From: Bacteroidales bacterium
Lineage (GTDB): Bacteria > Bacteroidota > Bacteroidia > Bacteroidales > PUMT01
Direction of reading: 5' to 3'
DNA: 34,480 nt
NCBI GenBank assembly: GCA_007132365.1
Contig: SLOS01000374.1
Location: forward strand, 1-34,480
Shown here: positions 34,390-34,480 of the stretch, piece after piece
Numbering within the stretch: the stretch's first letter is position 1
Layout of the letters: every line of letters begins with the position of its first letter
Translations under genes and position numbers: made by a program
The notes under the pieces: model-generated
What the model was told of the DNA's origin: nothing
The model's input: the letters and a program-made list of their open reading frames with translations, nothing else
Database searches by the model: none

Positions 34390-34480
34390 ATGAATAATGC
34401 AGATGATCACAAAAAGCTTCTGATAACACTCAAGGACAGGTGCCGTGTTTGCTATACATGTGTCAGGGAATGTCCCGCCA
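34390..34480 (+). CDS. 5' end of an Fe-S protein gene, probably a second HydS-like or Fe-S sensory protein, cut by the window edge
   Basis: My translation is MNNADDHKKLLITLKDRCRVCYTCVRECPA.... The CxxCxxCxxxCP motif aligns residue-for-residue with the N-terminus of the hydS-like gene (CNLSYSCVRICP). It starts 42 nt after the hydA stop with no terminator in between. Confidence 0.5.
   Translation, partial: MNNADDHKKLLITLKDRCRVCYTCVRECPA

Overview
This is a 34.5-kb, densely packed chromosomal segment that looks like an anaerobic member of the Bacteroidota. Supporting signs are AT-leaning intergenic DNA, TAnnTTTG-type -7 promoter boxes, and phylum-typical DUF4199, CCC-motif and DUF2752 genes. 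I support about 33 protein genes and one SRP RNA. I saw no tRNA, rRNA, CRISPR array, transposase or integrase.

Positions 1-26.6 kb are mostly core functions:
- a 5'-truncated pyruvate:ferredoxin oxidoreductase with a DHOD-like partner, and a cytoplasmic PAS-GAF-PAS histidine kinase
- ruvX-def, ComEC, TsaC, SRP RNA and a GT2/GT4 pair
- NUDIX, miaA, a LuxC-like reductase, a MacB/FtsX permease with a SiaC-like DUF1987 protein, and gapA
- two secreted amidohydrolases, an SDR and a ProX-type editing protein

The most interesting part is 26.7-34.5 kb, a divergently organised [FeFe]-hydrogenase locus.
- Minus strand: a thioredoxin-like [2Fe-2S] ferredoxin, then a PAS-fused sensory-type hydrogenase (HydS/HfsB-like), then a SpoIIE/PP2C phosphatase whose start overlaps the hydS stop.
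- Plus strand: a HydC(NuoE)-HydB(NuoF)-HydA electron-bifurcating-type hydrogenase, followed by the start of a second Fe-S, HydS-like gene cut by the window edge.
- The shared promoter region carries a perfect 11-bp inverted repeat with Rex/CRP-family geometry.
- Both hydrogenase catalytic-type subunits carry unusual active-site or proton-pathway substitutions that are visible directly in the translation.

All functional calls rest on motif and architecture recognition by eye. No database search was run.
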